From contig JBHGNT010000009.1 of the NCBI GenBank assembly GCA_043228905.1, forward strand, positions 19,034,001 through 19,098,000: 64,000 bases of DNA, given 5' to 3'. Origin of the DNA: Azolla caroliniana. Its lineage: Eukaryota; Plantae; Polypodiophyta. Shown piece after piece: positions 11,340-22,482 of the stretch (its first letter is position 1; the number at the start of each line of letters is the position of its first letter). The translations under genes and the position numbers were made by a program. Under the pieces are notes generated by a model, which was not told the DNA's origin, searched no databases, and was given only the letters and a program-made list of their open reading frames with translations.

Positions 11340-11827
11340 TGTAAAGAATAGCGTGTGGAAGCAATAGATAAGCGAACTCAGAAATGCAGGTTTAATGGAG
11401 AGCTTAGAATGTACACAGTACGTGGGAGAGACAGAGAGAGAGAACACACAGAAATTCAATTAAAAAATAATACTCAATCTGTACATACACCGTGCTCAGT
11501 GAGCACCTTTTATACAAGCCCTGACAATAGGGCTGACACAAGTACTGACAGTACTTGTCCGTTCATAAATGAGCCTACTACGCTAACTCCCAAAATTATT
11601 CCTTATGAGGAATATCTTCCTAATGACCTTCCGGTTTACGCACTGATACGGCCATGTTATGCGTACCGATTTACGCATCGGTCTGGTCGGACCGATCGGT
11701 CCCAACCGATCCAGTTCTCGGCTTCCATAGTCGATCCGATCATGTTGTGTGTATCGATTTACGCACCTTGTCTACGCACTAGGTTACGCATCGTATTACG
11801 CACGAATGTTGAGCTTGTCTCTCAACA
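11340..11827 (-). repeat. 3' LTR of copia E
   Basis: TG...CA, highly similar to 16191-16679; PPT TTGAGGGGGAG at 11828-11838. Confidence 0.92.
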
Positions 11828-12009
11828 CTCCCCCTCAAGCTCAACTTGAGGTTCCACCTGCTCCGCCGGATCTACGCTTCGGTTCCTTCTGGCTTCACGC
11901 CTCGCTCGCGCTCCTCAACCCGGTTGATTCCACGCGCCTCGACCCTTTCGGTCGGCTTGTCTGCTTACACGGCCCTTCTCAGCTTCCTTGCTGTTGCGGT
12001 GTTGGCGCC

Positions 12010-12456
12010 TGAAAAAGATTATGTGCAAAAGCAATAGAAAACCGAACACAGAAGATACGCAGGTTTAATGGAGAGCTTGAATGTACACAGTACGCAGGAG
12101 AGACAGACAGAAAAAACAAAAACCTTAATTCAAAATAATACTCGATCTGTACATACACCGTGCTCAGTGAGCACCTTTAATACAAGCCTTGACAATCAGG
12201 TTGACACAAGTATTGACAGTACTTGACTGCTCATAAATGAGCCTCGACACTCACTCCCAAAATTACTCCTTACGAGGAATATCTCTGTAACGGCCTTTCG
12301 GTTTACACACCGATTCGGCCTCTTGTTACACACCAGTTTGCGTACCAGTTTACACATCCGTTTTATGCACTGGTCCGGCCTAACCGATCGGTCCCAACCG
12401 ATCCGGTTCTTGGCTTGCACAGCCGATCCGGCCAATGTTGAGCTTCTATCTCAACA
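12010..12456 (-). repeat. Extra internal LTR (related subfamily) in copia E
   Basis: TG...CA, more diverged than the outer pair, with its own PPT at 12457-12467. Confidence 0.85.
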
Positions 12457-12810
12457 CTCCCCCTTAAGCTCAACTTGAGGTTCCATTCGCTCTTCTGGAG
12501 CTACGCTCTAGTTCCTCCTGGCTTCACGCCTTGCTCGTTCTCCTCGACCCATTCGATTCCGCGCGCCTCGACCCTTCCGGTCGGCTTGTCTACTCACATG
12601 GCCCTTCTCAGCTTCCTTGCTGTTGCGGTGCTTGCGCCTCTTCTGCTGCCTTCTCTTCCACTTGGCCCTCGGTTCATTCAGCGTATCCGAATCAAATATC
12701 CGAACCGACTCGGCTTCCTTCGATCCGTTTTTGCTCTCGTCCGAGTTGGCTGTCTCCAACTTGTCTTTAGTCTTCTTTCCCTTGATGGCTTCGTCTCGCC
12801 CACGCTTGGT

Positions 12811-15800
12811 TCACTTCGACCCTTCCTTTCGACTGCTCCCCTTATGTCCGCTTTTGGACTCTTTTGCGGATCCATCCTCGGCTTCTTCAGCCGATCTGAA
12901 ATCGGATTCGTCATTCGACTCGGCGTCACGGTCTTTTCTGCTCCTTTCGTGGTCATCCGGGACATCTCTCCCCCTCAAGTTTGGCACGTCGAGGTGACGC
13001 AACCCAAGCGCACCCGAGAATTGTCGCAACTTGTCCAGACCAATAGGCTTGGTGAAGATGTCCACGGTCTGCCGATCCATCGGAAAATACTGAAGTTCGA
13101 CTTCACCGGAGAGTACACACTTGCGGACAAAATAGTAGTGCACCTCAATGTGCTTAGTCCGGGCGTGAAAAACGGGGTTCTTTGCAAGCTGGATGCTGCT
13201 GAGGTTGTCGGAGTAGATTGTCATTGGATCGAAATACCTCCACCTGCAGCTCCTTAAGTAGCCGCTTCAACCAAATGGCTTCTCATGTCACGACAGCCGC
13301 TCCTCGATACTAAGCTTCGGTGCTCGACAACACAATTGTGGGCTGCTTCTAGCTACTCCACGTGATCGCGGCACTCCCAAGAGAGAACGCGAAGCCGGAC
13401 ATGGATCGGCGATCGGTGACGTTGTCGGCCCAGTCGGCATCGGTGTAGCCGACCAACTGCGGGGTTGTACCGAAGCAATATAGTTGCCCCCTGTCCTTAG
13501 TGCCATTGACATACCGTAGTACGCGTTGCGTGCACTGAAGGTGCTCCTCGGTAGGTTGCGCCATGAATTGCCTGATCACCCCGACCGGGTAGCTGAGATC
13601 TAGTCGAGTGATGGTCAAGTATATAAGGCTTCCAACGATCTGTCGGAACCTCATCGGGTCGCATACCTTTCCGGAATCAGCGCGAAGCTTGACGATTCTA
13701 TCTAGAGGAGTCGAGATGGACTTACAGTCGGCCATCTCGAATTTGAAGAGCATACTCAACATGTAATGTCCTTGGCTGATCAGTATGCCTTCGGGGTGCG
13801 GATCACTTCAATCCTGAGCAAGTAATGAAGGTTCCCCAGATCCTTCATATCGAACGATGCCGCAAGCTAGAGCTTGATGCAGTTAATTTCACCAAGGTCG
13901 GCGCCGGTGATGACCAAGTCATCAACATAAAGTAAAATACTAACCGTCCCGAGTCAACCGTTCTGGATGAATAGTGAGGAGTCCGATTTTGATGTCGCAA
14001 AGCCCAGCTGACGCAATCGTTGCGTGATCTTCGCGTTCCAGGCACGCAGGGCTAGCTTTAGTCCGTAAAGGGACTTCTTCAATCGGCACACCACCAAAGT
14101 GTTCATTCTGTAGTGAAATTCGGGGGGTTGTATACACTTCTCGGCTTTCGCCTCCAACTTCCTCCGTTTCTCCTTCGGTACATGCACATACGCAATGCTA
14201 CCGAAAACTCTCAAGTGTCATAGATTAGGCTTCCTTCCCAAATACTGCTCATGCGCCAACACTTTGTCTCCGATCTGATTCTGGATGTATACCGCAGTTT
14301 GTACCGCCTCGGCCCAAAAGAACTTGGGCAAGCTTTTTTCTTCCAGCATTGCCCGCGCCGCTTCTACAATTGACCGGTTCTTCCTCTCGGCCACGCCATT
14401 TTTCTCCGACGAGTATCTACAACTAAATTCGAGCCAAATTCCCATCTGTTGCAGATAACCGTTGAATTGACCGGAAAAGTACTCTTTTTCGCCATCCGAC
14501 CGCAAGCACATGATCTTTCGGCCTGTTTCTGTTTCCACGAACCCTTTGAGGTCCCTGGAACAGTCAAAGACTTAACTTTTCTTCTCGATGAGGTAGATCC
14601 ACGTGTGCTGCATATAGTCGTCGATGAAGGAGACAAAATATCGACTCCTGCCGAGACTAACGTTCTGTATCGTCCCCCATACATTGGAATGTATTAAGTC
14701 GAGCTTGTTCCAGCTCCGGTTACGTTCGTTGGGGAAAGGAAGTTGGTGTTGTTTCCCTAGCTGGCAGGCTTTACAAATTTGTGCCTTCCGGCCACTAAAT
14801 TTGGGCAATCTGAACACCACCTGTTTTGATTGCAGGTTCTGAAGGCTTTGATAGTTGACGTGGCCTATCCGCTTGTGCCATAAGTCGATATCTGACTCGA
14901 CTTTTTTTACTTTCACGAACATTGCGGTGCCACCATCACTAAAGTCGAGGATAAATATCCTCCTGTTTCTGCACCCTTGCGCAATAACTCGGCCTTCTTC
15001 TTCAATGGAGCACCCGAGATGCGTGAACCTTACTTGCATCCCTTGGTTGACGATCTGCCCGACCGACACCAGATTCTTCGTGATTGTGGGGATGTGTAAC
15101 ACGTTCATGAGTTTCCCTTTCTGCCCGACATGGCTCAGGGGAACTTCATCGACATTCGCGATCAGGTGCAGAGTGTCGTCTCTGGTTGCGACTTCTCCGG
15201 TTGCGATCGCTGCCAATTTCCTTTGTCGGTCTGTTCGGAACCTAATCCGGACCCGGTTCTTTCCGAATCGGCGCGCTTTTTCCAGCACTCGCTCTCCTTG
15301 TGGCCTTTCTTGCCAGAGTACCAGCATTCCGCATCGGATTTCCCTATTTCTGGAGGGGGATTCTCGTCGCCTAGAATCCCCCTATTTCTGGAGGGTCCAG
15401 ATTTGTTGTCGGCATCACTTCGGTGCCTTCTTCCTTGATCCCGTCGGCCGCCACCATTGCGCACCGACTCGCCTCATCTGCCACGACCATGGGGCCTATC
15501 TCCCTCTGCGTACAACATCTTGTTGTCGGCATGCGTGCTCTTTGACGTATCTGTGTGGTTCTCCTCTATAAGGGCATCGACTACAAGTCAAAAAATGACG
15601 GCATATTCTCCCGTGTATACACAGCAGTTCGGAACGCTCCGAACTTCGACGCCAGTCTCCCGAGACTAATTTGTACCAACTCGCCTTCCTCTATGTTCAC
15701 ATCGATGGAGGCTAAGGAGTCGCATATATCTTTAATCTTCGAGGTGTAATCAGCCACTGACAAGTTGTGTTGTCGTAGGTTGCTTAGCTCTTGTCGGAGT

Positions 15801-16107
15801 TGAAGCTTCCTGGCTGTGGTGCTTGCGGCGAAAATCTTCTTCAGATTTCCCCAAGCATCCTTTGGCATTTTCGCATCCCGAATGTGGCTTAGGAGTTGTT
15901 CGCCCACATAAGACGCGAAGCAGTATAGTACTCTGCTCGCCGACTGTTCCCACGCTGGGAAATCTCTGTGTGTCGATTCGGGGGCTGTGTCGTTTGCTCC
16001 GTCGGCATAGCTCCAGTAACCGTGCTCGAGTAGGTACTGGTGCATCTTGTAGGACCAAGACACGTAGTTGTTTCTGTCGGAAGCGAGCTAGCCATGCCTC
16101 TATCCAT
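12811..16107 (-). pseudogene. gag-pol of copia E
   Basis: SWSYKMHQYLL gag, ECWYSGKKGHKESEC knuckle, LWHKRIGH, FIDDY / LRSDG / NGVAER integrase, RT pieces, YTDADW RNaseH. Confidence 0.9.
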
Positions 16108-16178
16108 CGGTTTTACCTATTCTTCTTGGTTGGTTTTCCCTTCAAGCTATGTCAGCTGCAGAGGTTCTCAACCCTCGC

Positions 16179-16190
16179 GCTCTGATACCA
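16179..16190 (-). promoter_or_regulatory. PBS (initiator tRNA-Met) of copia E
   Basis: TGGTATCAGAGC adjacent to the LTR. Confidence 0.9.
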
Positions 16191-16679
16191 TGTAAAAGAA
16201 TAGTGTGCAGAAGAAATAGATAAGCGAACTTAGAAACACAAGTTTAATGGAGAGCTTAGAATGTACACAGTACGCAGGAGAGACAGAGAGAGAGGACACA
16301 CAGAAACTCAATTAAAAAATAATACTCAATCTGTACATACACCGTGCTCAGTGAGCACCTTTTATACAAGCCTTGACAATAGGGCTGACACAAGTACTGA
16401 CAGTACTTGACCGCTCATAAATGAGCCTACTACGCTAACTCCCAAAATTATTCGTTATGAGGAATATCTTCCTAACGGCCTTCCGGTTTACGCACCGATA
16501 CGACCATGTTATGCGTACCGATTTACGCATCAATCCGGTCTAACTGATCGGTCCCAACCGATCCGGTTCTCGGCTTGCACAGCCGATCCAGTCATGTTGT
16601 GCGTACTGATTTACGCACCTTGTCTACGCACTGGGTTACGCATCGTATTACGCATGAATGTTGAGCTTGTCTCTCAACA
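16191..16679 (-). repeat. 5' LTR of copia E
   Basis: TG...CA followed by PBS. Confidence 0.92.
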
Positions 16680-16860
16680 TGGCGTCTACCGGTTTCAGCT
16701 TGTACACCCACTTGTTCCGGAGTGCCCTCTTTCCTTTCGGCAACTCCACCAATTCGTATGTGTGGTTCTCATGCAGGAAATCCATCTCGTCCTTCATGGC
16801 ACTCAACCACTTGTGGCTGTTTGTGTCCGAACCAAAGAAATCGGCACCCAAGAAATCCGT

Positions 16861-18940
16861 ATGAGACAAAAAACCGATAGAGTTTTATCAATCGGGCATC
16901 GACTACGTCAACTACACGGACATAGGTGAACCTAGCTCCTATGAGGAAACTATAACTACGTTGGACGCCGACACATGACTATAAGCCATGAGATTTGAGA
17001 TGGACTTGATCAAGGAAAATAAGACATGGGATATGGTCAAATTACCAGTTGATCGGAAGCCGCTACCATGCAAATGGGTCTACCGATACAAGTATGTATC
17101 CGGTTCGGAACAACCCAAGTACAAAGCTCGGCTCGTCACCAAAGGTTTCAAACAGGAACAAGGGGTCGACTATGACAAGATCTTCTCACCAGTAGTCAAG
17201 ATGACCACCCTTCGGCTCCTTCTCAGGGTCATGGCTACATAAGACCTAGAGCTCGAGCAATTGGACATAAAGACAGATTTCCTACATAGAGATCTCGACA
17301 AAGACATTCACATGTCTCAACCTGTAGGCTTTACAGCAACAAGGGAGGAAGGTCACTTCGTTTGCAAGTGGAAGAAGAGCCTATATGGCCTAAAACAAGT
17401 GCCAAGAAAGTGGTATCAAAAATTTGATACCTACATCCGGCAACTCGGCTAGAGCCAATCAAACTCCGACCCATGCATGTATGTTTGGCAATTGACCGAC
17501 GAGTCCCAAATCGACTTGATCCTATATGTCGACGATATGATGATTGCAATGAGCAATCAGCCAAAAATTGGAAGACTAAACCGGAGCCTTCACAACAAAT
17601 TCACGATGAAGGAACTCGGACAAGCACGACATATCTTGGGCATCAGGATCGAGCGAAATCAAATGATGAAGACTCTCCAGCTCTCCCAATTTGACCACAT
17701 CCAAAAGGTGTTGAGGCACTTCAATATGGAGAATGCAAAGCCGGCACCAACTTCGCTTCTGATGTCGACATGACTAACAAACATTGATTTTCCTTTGACC
17801 GATAAGGAGAAAGAGCTCAATCAAAAGATACCCTACGTATCGACCGTAGGAAGTATCATGTACGCAATGGTGGCAACCCAACCTGACATTGCACACACCA
17901 TAGGGGTCGTCAGCTGGTACATGTCAAACCCAAGACGGAAGCATTGGGAGGTTGTAAAGCACATCTTCAGGTATCTAAGAGGTACCAAAGATGTACAACT
18001 GACTTTCGGATTGGCCAATCCGACCGAAGTCGAAGGCTACACCGACTCCGACTATGTTGGCAATCCAGACAATCGGAAGTCGACATGAGGCTATGTATTC
18101 ACTATGGCAGTGGCACCATAACATGGAGATTGAAATTGCAAGAATGCAAGGCCCTATTGACCACAAAAGCTGAGTACATTGCCGCATCAGAAGCAGTGAA
18201 GGAAGCAATCTAGTTGCGCTGACTGTAAGTCAATATTTTGGCTACAAGTCGAATCGATCATCCAAGACCGGCCATCTATTGTGATTCACTGAGTGCAACA
18301 CACCTCATTTGGAATCCAGTCTACCATGTGAAGATGAAACATCTTCAGGTACGGTTTCATCATATCCAGGAGCTCGTAACTGAGAAAAAGGTCGAAGTCC
18401 GGAAGATCGACACCGAGGTGAACATCGCCGATAGCCTAACAAAGCCACTCCCAGAACAACGCTTAGGAGCACTAAGGAACATGATGGGACTATGAAAAGA
18501 AACCAAGCATAAAGGAGCCAAATGAGCAATAGTAGAAGGAAAGTTGAATATTGATTCGATTGGACGAGCCAAAAAGGCAAAGTCCAAAGAATCAGAATAC
18601 CGGGAGGCTAAAGACGCAGCACTGAGTGAGGATATCGACTGAAGAGGAGACAATCGAGGGATGAACGAACCCGAAGACAAATCGAAGATCCAACAAGGAG
18701 CACAGGAACGAGCGCATACGGGGAGCAGACGATTGATTAGAGGCCAAGAGTCAGAATCAGACATGAGCCGACTCGAACGCAAGACGATCCGAACCAGTTG
18801 ATCTACAATCTAGATGACTAACCAAATTGGGCTAGATTTTGACTATACCTCTGCTAATTCGGTTGAGAGTCGAGTCCCGACAAACTTGTATGTATACAAT
18901 TGGAACTATAGATTAAATTTATAATCTAGGTTCACGGAGG
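16861..18940 (+). mobile_element. Ty1/copia RT-RNaseH fragment F (Tork-like) plus 3' region
   Basis: [38 protein letters not shown] motifs with many stops. Confidence 0.88.
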
Positions 18941-18944
18941 AGAT

Positions 18945-20830
18945 AGCCCTAATCACTTGTATACACCAATCCATCATCGGACTTGCACCAATCCACCGTC
19001 GTATTGTGTCTCCAACCAAGATAGCCCCAACACAATCTAATGTCAAGGGGTTGCAATGAGGTAGAACATTAGTATTTCCTAGTGGGCCCTAACTTGAAGT
19101 ACCAATGGGATAGTGGCTTCTGTAACTGCCCCTGAAGAGAGAACCCATCCGTCGATCGCTTCAAAGGATATGGGTTGTGATGTGCGGACGGTGGGGATAT
19201 TATGTGCTCGGACAAACAAGATATCGATAAAACAAGTATATGCTTCGAACTCCATCAAGCCATGAGATTTTATTGAAGTAGACCCAAAACAAAGACTTAC
19301 ATTCAAAGCAAAACCTCCTAATGGTGTAACTGAATTGTATGAGGATAGAGAAGATGGGTATTAACAGGAAGCTTTCAGCAGCATGGCTCCTACTACAACA
19401 GGACTTGGTCGTTTTCTTGTTGTTGAGGAACCTCCGCAAGACATGCACGATGGAATTGTTGTTGAGGGCCCCGCACCGAGCAGTGGTGGATTACATGGTC
19501 GGGGGTACCACAATAGAGACAAAGTCCATTGTCACGTCGGTGTTGGCTTTGGGCATCAGTTAGTGGTTGGGACTAAGAGTGCTCGATCTGCATCAGGGTA
19601 TGTGGATCGACCTCCATCGGGGTATGGGTATCAGTGGAGGATGGTAAGGTTGGCCTAGCGATTGATGCATCTCAAGAGGAATATTGGAACCCGAGTCCCG
19701 TGTTCTTCTTGACGAAGTTCAAAAAGATGATTATCACACTGAACAACTTGGGAGATTACCTAAGACAACAATGTGGGCTCTAGAATATTCAAGAGAAGAG
19801 TCTTGACATCGTTTGGGAAGCCTCAACGAAAATGGTCACATAAGTCTTAGTCATCCTAGTTGACATCGCATGAAATGTGTTGAAACTCTAAAGTGTAGAT
19901 AGTGGTTGGACATGAGCCTTGTTAGAAGGAATAAAGCTTCCTAAGTGATGTTCATCGCCGTTTTGTCTCGCCAAATGTGGCTTCGAGCTCTTCAAGGAAG
20001 GGGGAAAGTTTTCTAAGAGAGGAGATGAGGTCTCCACCAATGGTGCAAACCACTCGTGCGCCGGATTGGAGAGAAGGGTGTCGACGAGGACAACTCGAGA
20101 AAAATCACTAGCGTATCTTTGAGGTTGTAAATGGATGATAAGCTGAATTTGATTGATGAAGCCGCGAAGATATGCCCTCGTGCCATTGAATTTGTCAAGT
20201 AGACTGGCGGTGGGTTCGAGCACATATGGATGGGAATGGGAAATGGTTGGGCTAGGTGCTAACCATGGGTGTGGCTCGGCGGGGGGTGGGTTTTGGGATG
20301 TGCTTGTTTGGAGCTCTCGTAATGATTCCCGAAGGATTTCATTTTCTAGTTGAAGTTGTCGAAAGGCTAGCATTACTTGGTTTAAGTGGTCGATGGAGTC
20401 AAATAGCGCTACAAGAAGAGGAAGGTGAACAAACTATCATGGACGAATAGAATAGAGCAAAACCAAGACGAGATTAAGTACTATGAGAGAGAATAAGGCA
20501 AAGAACAAGAACTCAACTTATGTTTCCGTAACTGGTAGACATAAACATATAACGAATCAACACAAAGAATCGGAATAAGGTATTGTAGACATAAACATAT
20601 AACGATTAAACTTCATTAACAGACATTTTCATACAAGTTGTGTGCCCCTTTTTATAGGTCGGCACATGATATTACAATAGTGCCACTTCCGATTGGCGTA
20701 TCTATTCAGATTCAATCAACATATCTATTTGAAACTAAAACTATTCGTATCAGAAAAAATTACAAAAGCTTATATTTTCTAAGTCTACTAAATTTCCTAT
20801 GTCCGAATAAACTTCCTACTACCCCCGGCC
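18945..20830 (-). mobile_element. Chromovirus (Tcn1-like) gag-protease fragment G with probable 5' LTR remnant
   Basis: DKFNGTRAYLRGFINQIQ gag, CLYCGTPDHVIHHC knuckle, LGLSWL protease end; CTATAAAAGGGGCAC near 20643-20657 resembles the LTR of element K. Confidence 0.7.
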
Positions 20831-21279
20831 TTGTCCAATTCGACTTTGTCTGAATCAGTTTCAGATCCTTCATCTTCTCCTCCTCCGGCCCGTCCACTTG
20901 TCAGCTTCATAGGGGTAACACATGTCATTTTCTCCGATTAGTATTATCGGCTCAAGATGATACCCTTCCAGCTTTGTCCTTTCCTTCCCATAAGCCTCCA
21001 AGTCAATGGCAAATTGCAACTAATCATCGTCAAATTCCGCCAACATTTTCCGGACTTCTTCAGAATGTGTTTGTGCCAACGCCTAAAACTCGCCAGCTGG
21101 GTCCTCTCTCAACGTTGTAATGTTCCGCTTATCCAGTTTCGATATTCCATTGTCGATCTTCTGCCTATTCTCATTATCAGCTCTGTACACCTACAATTCT
21201 GTCACTTGGGCCGCCCATGCCTTCCATACCCCATCCGAGCTTTCCTTCACAATGTCGTCTAGTCGTTTTTTTCCACTTG

Positions 21280-22482
21280 TCCACTTGGCATACCTCTATA
21301 TGCACAAGTTCCAATGGTGCAATCCATCTTGACGGTGGTCTAGACCAGAAAGAGTCGGCCAAACAATCGGTGCACTTCTCAAGTTACACGTCTTTCACCT
21401 CTAGAATGAGGTTATTTTTGGCAACTCTCCACATCCCTTTCTAGCTCATGTGGCACAACCTCTTGTGCCACAACTCACCAGCATTGTCAGATGCCACGTT
21501 CACTTCTTCCCGGCATATCCAGGCATGCATCAAGTATAGTGTATTGACCTTTCGGGCTCAAGCCACGATTAGGCTTCCTTTGCTGAACTTCATGACTTTG
21601 TTCTGGATGCTACCCATGTAGCCTTCATCATTTAGCTAACCGGTTGATATCAGGTTCAACTGAACCTCTGGAACGTGTCACACATCCTTCAGTAGCAACT
21701 TCCACCCGGTTGACATCTTTGGCAACACATCTCCTATGCCGACAATCCGGCATGCACCTTCATTCCCCGTCCGGATAGAACCATGATCTCCAGCTCTGTA
21801 AGATGAGAAGCACTTCCAGTCAGGAATCAGGTGGAACGACGCTCCGGAGTCGACCACCCATGTCGTTTCATCGCTGACAATATGCAACTCACTCTCACCA
21901 GTGATTAGTAGCAGTTCTTCTCCACTTGCAACGATCGCCGACATTCCTCTCCTTTCCGAAATCTTCTTCGGTTCCGGAATGTCAGCTCCCTCTTTGGTTT
22001 TCCGGAAGTGTCGGCAATTGTTCTGGAAGTGCCCCGGCTTTCCGCAATAAAAACATGTGGGCCTCCCCCTTGACTTCGATCTCATCCCTGATTTTTCTCG
22101 GTTCTAGGGACTCTGATTCCGGCCTCTTCCCCGATTATGGTCGTCTTCCGTAACCAAGGCTTTCGTATTGGTGCCCCGGCTTTCCGCAATAAAAACATGT
22201 GGGCCTCCCCCTTGACTTTGATCTCATCCCTAATTTGTCTCAGTTCTGGGGACTCTGATTCCAGCCTCTTCCCCGATTATGGTCGTCTTCTGTAACCAAG
22301 GCTTTCGTATTGGTTCCGGACTCCCGGTCCTTCCGGAGAGCTTCTTCATCCAGCAAGCTTGATTTTACACCTTGCAAGGGATAGGTGTTTTCCTTCCGGC
22401 CCGGTGTTGCCCAAAGTGACAACTAACGTCTCCCAACTATCCGGGAGGGAACCGAGCAACAGCAGTGCGAGTATCTCATCGG
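21280..22482 (-). mobile_element. Ty1/copia (Tork-like) gag-PR-preintegrase fragment H
   Basis: LLLLGSLPDSWETLV, CFYCGKPGHFQNNC, WVVDSGASFH, LWHKRLCH, LELVH. Confidence 0.85.
22029..22313. repeat. About 142-bp tandem duplication inside copia H gag
   Basis: 22029-22170 repeated at 22171-22313. Confidence 0.85.

Larger units (their letters stand above)
11340..16679 (-). mobile_element. Ty1/copia element E, internally deleted, with three LTRs
   Basis: Outer LTRs 11340-11827 and 16191-16679, TSD CGGCG/TGGCG, Met PBS, PPT, gag, knuckle, integrase, partial RT, RNaseH. Confidence 0.92.
11206..16860 (-). mobile_element. Host Ty1/copia RT fragment D (Tork/Tnt1-like), split by element E and truncated by element B
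   Basis: 16680-16860 (KRALRNKWVYKLKPVDA) joins 11206-11339 (GNPPRYKARIVVKGFQLKKGVDFDEIF) across element E. Confidence 0.85.

Noticed and set aside
12475-13257. 260-aa plus-strand ORF antisense to the copia RNaseH/3' region
   Set aside because: Shadow of a purine-rich sense strand; no recognisable domain and a non-ATG start
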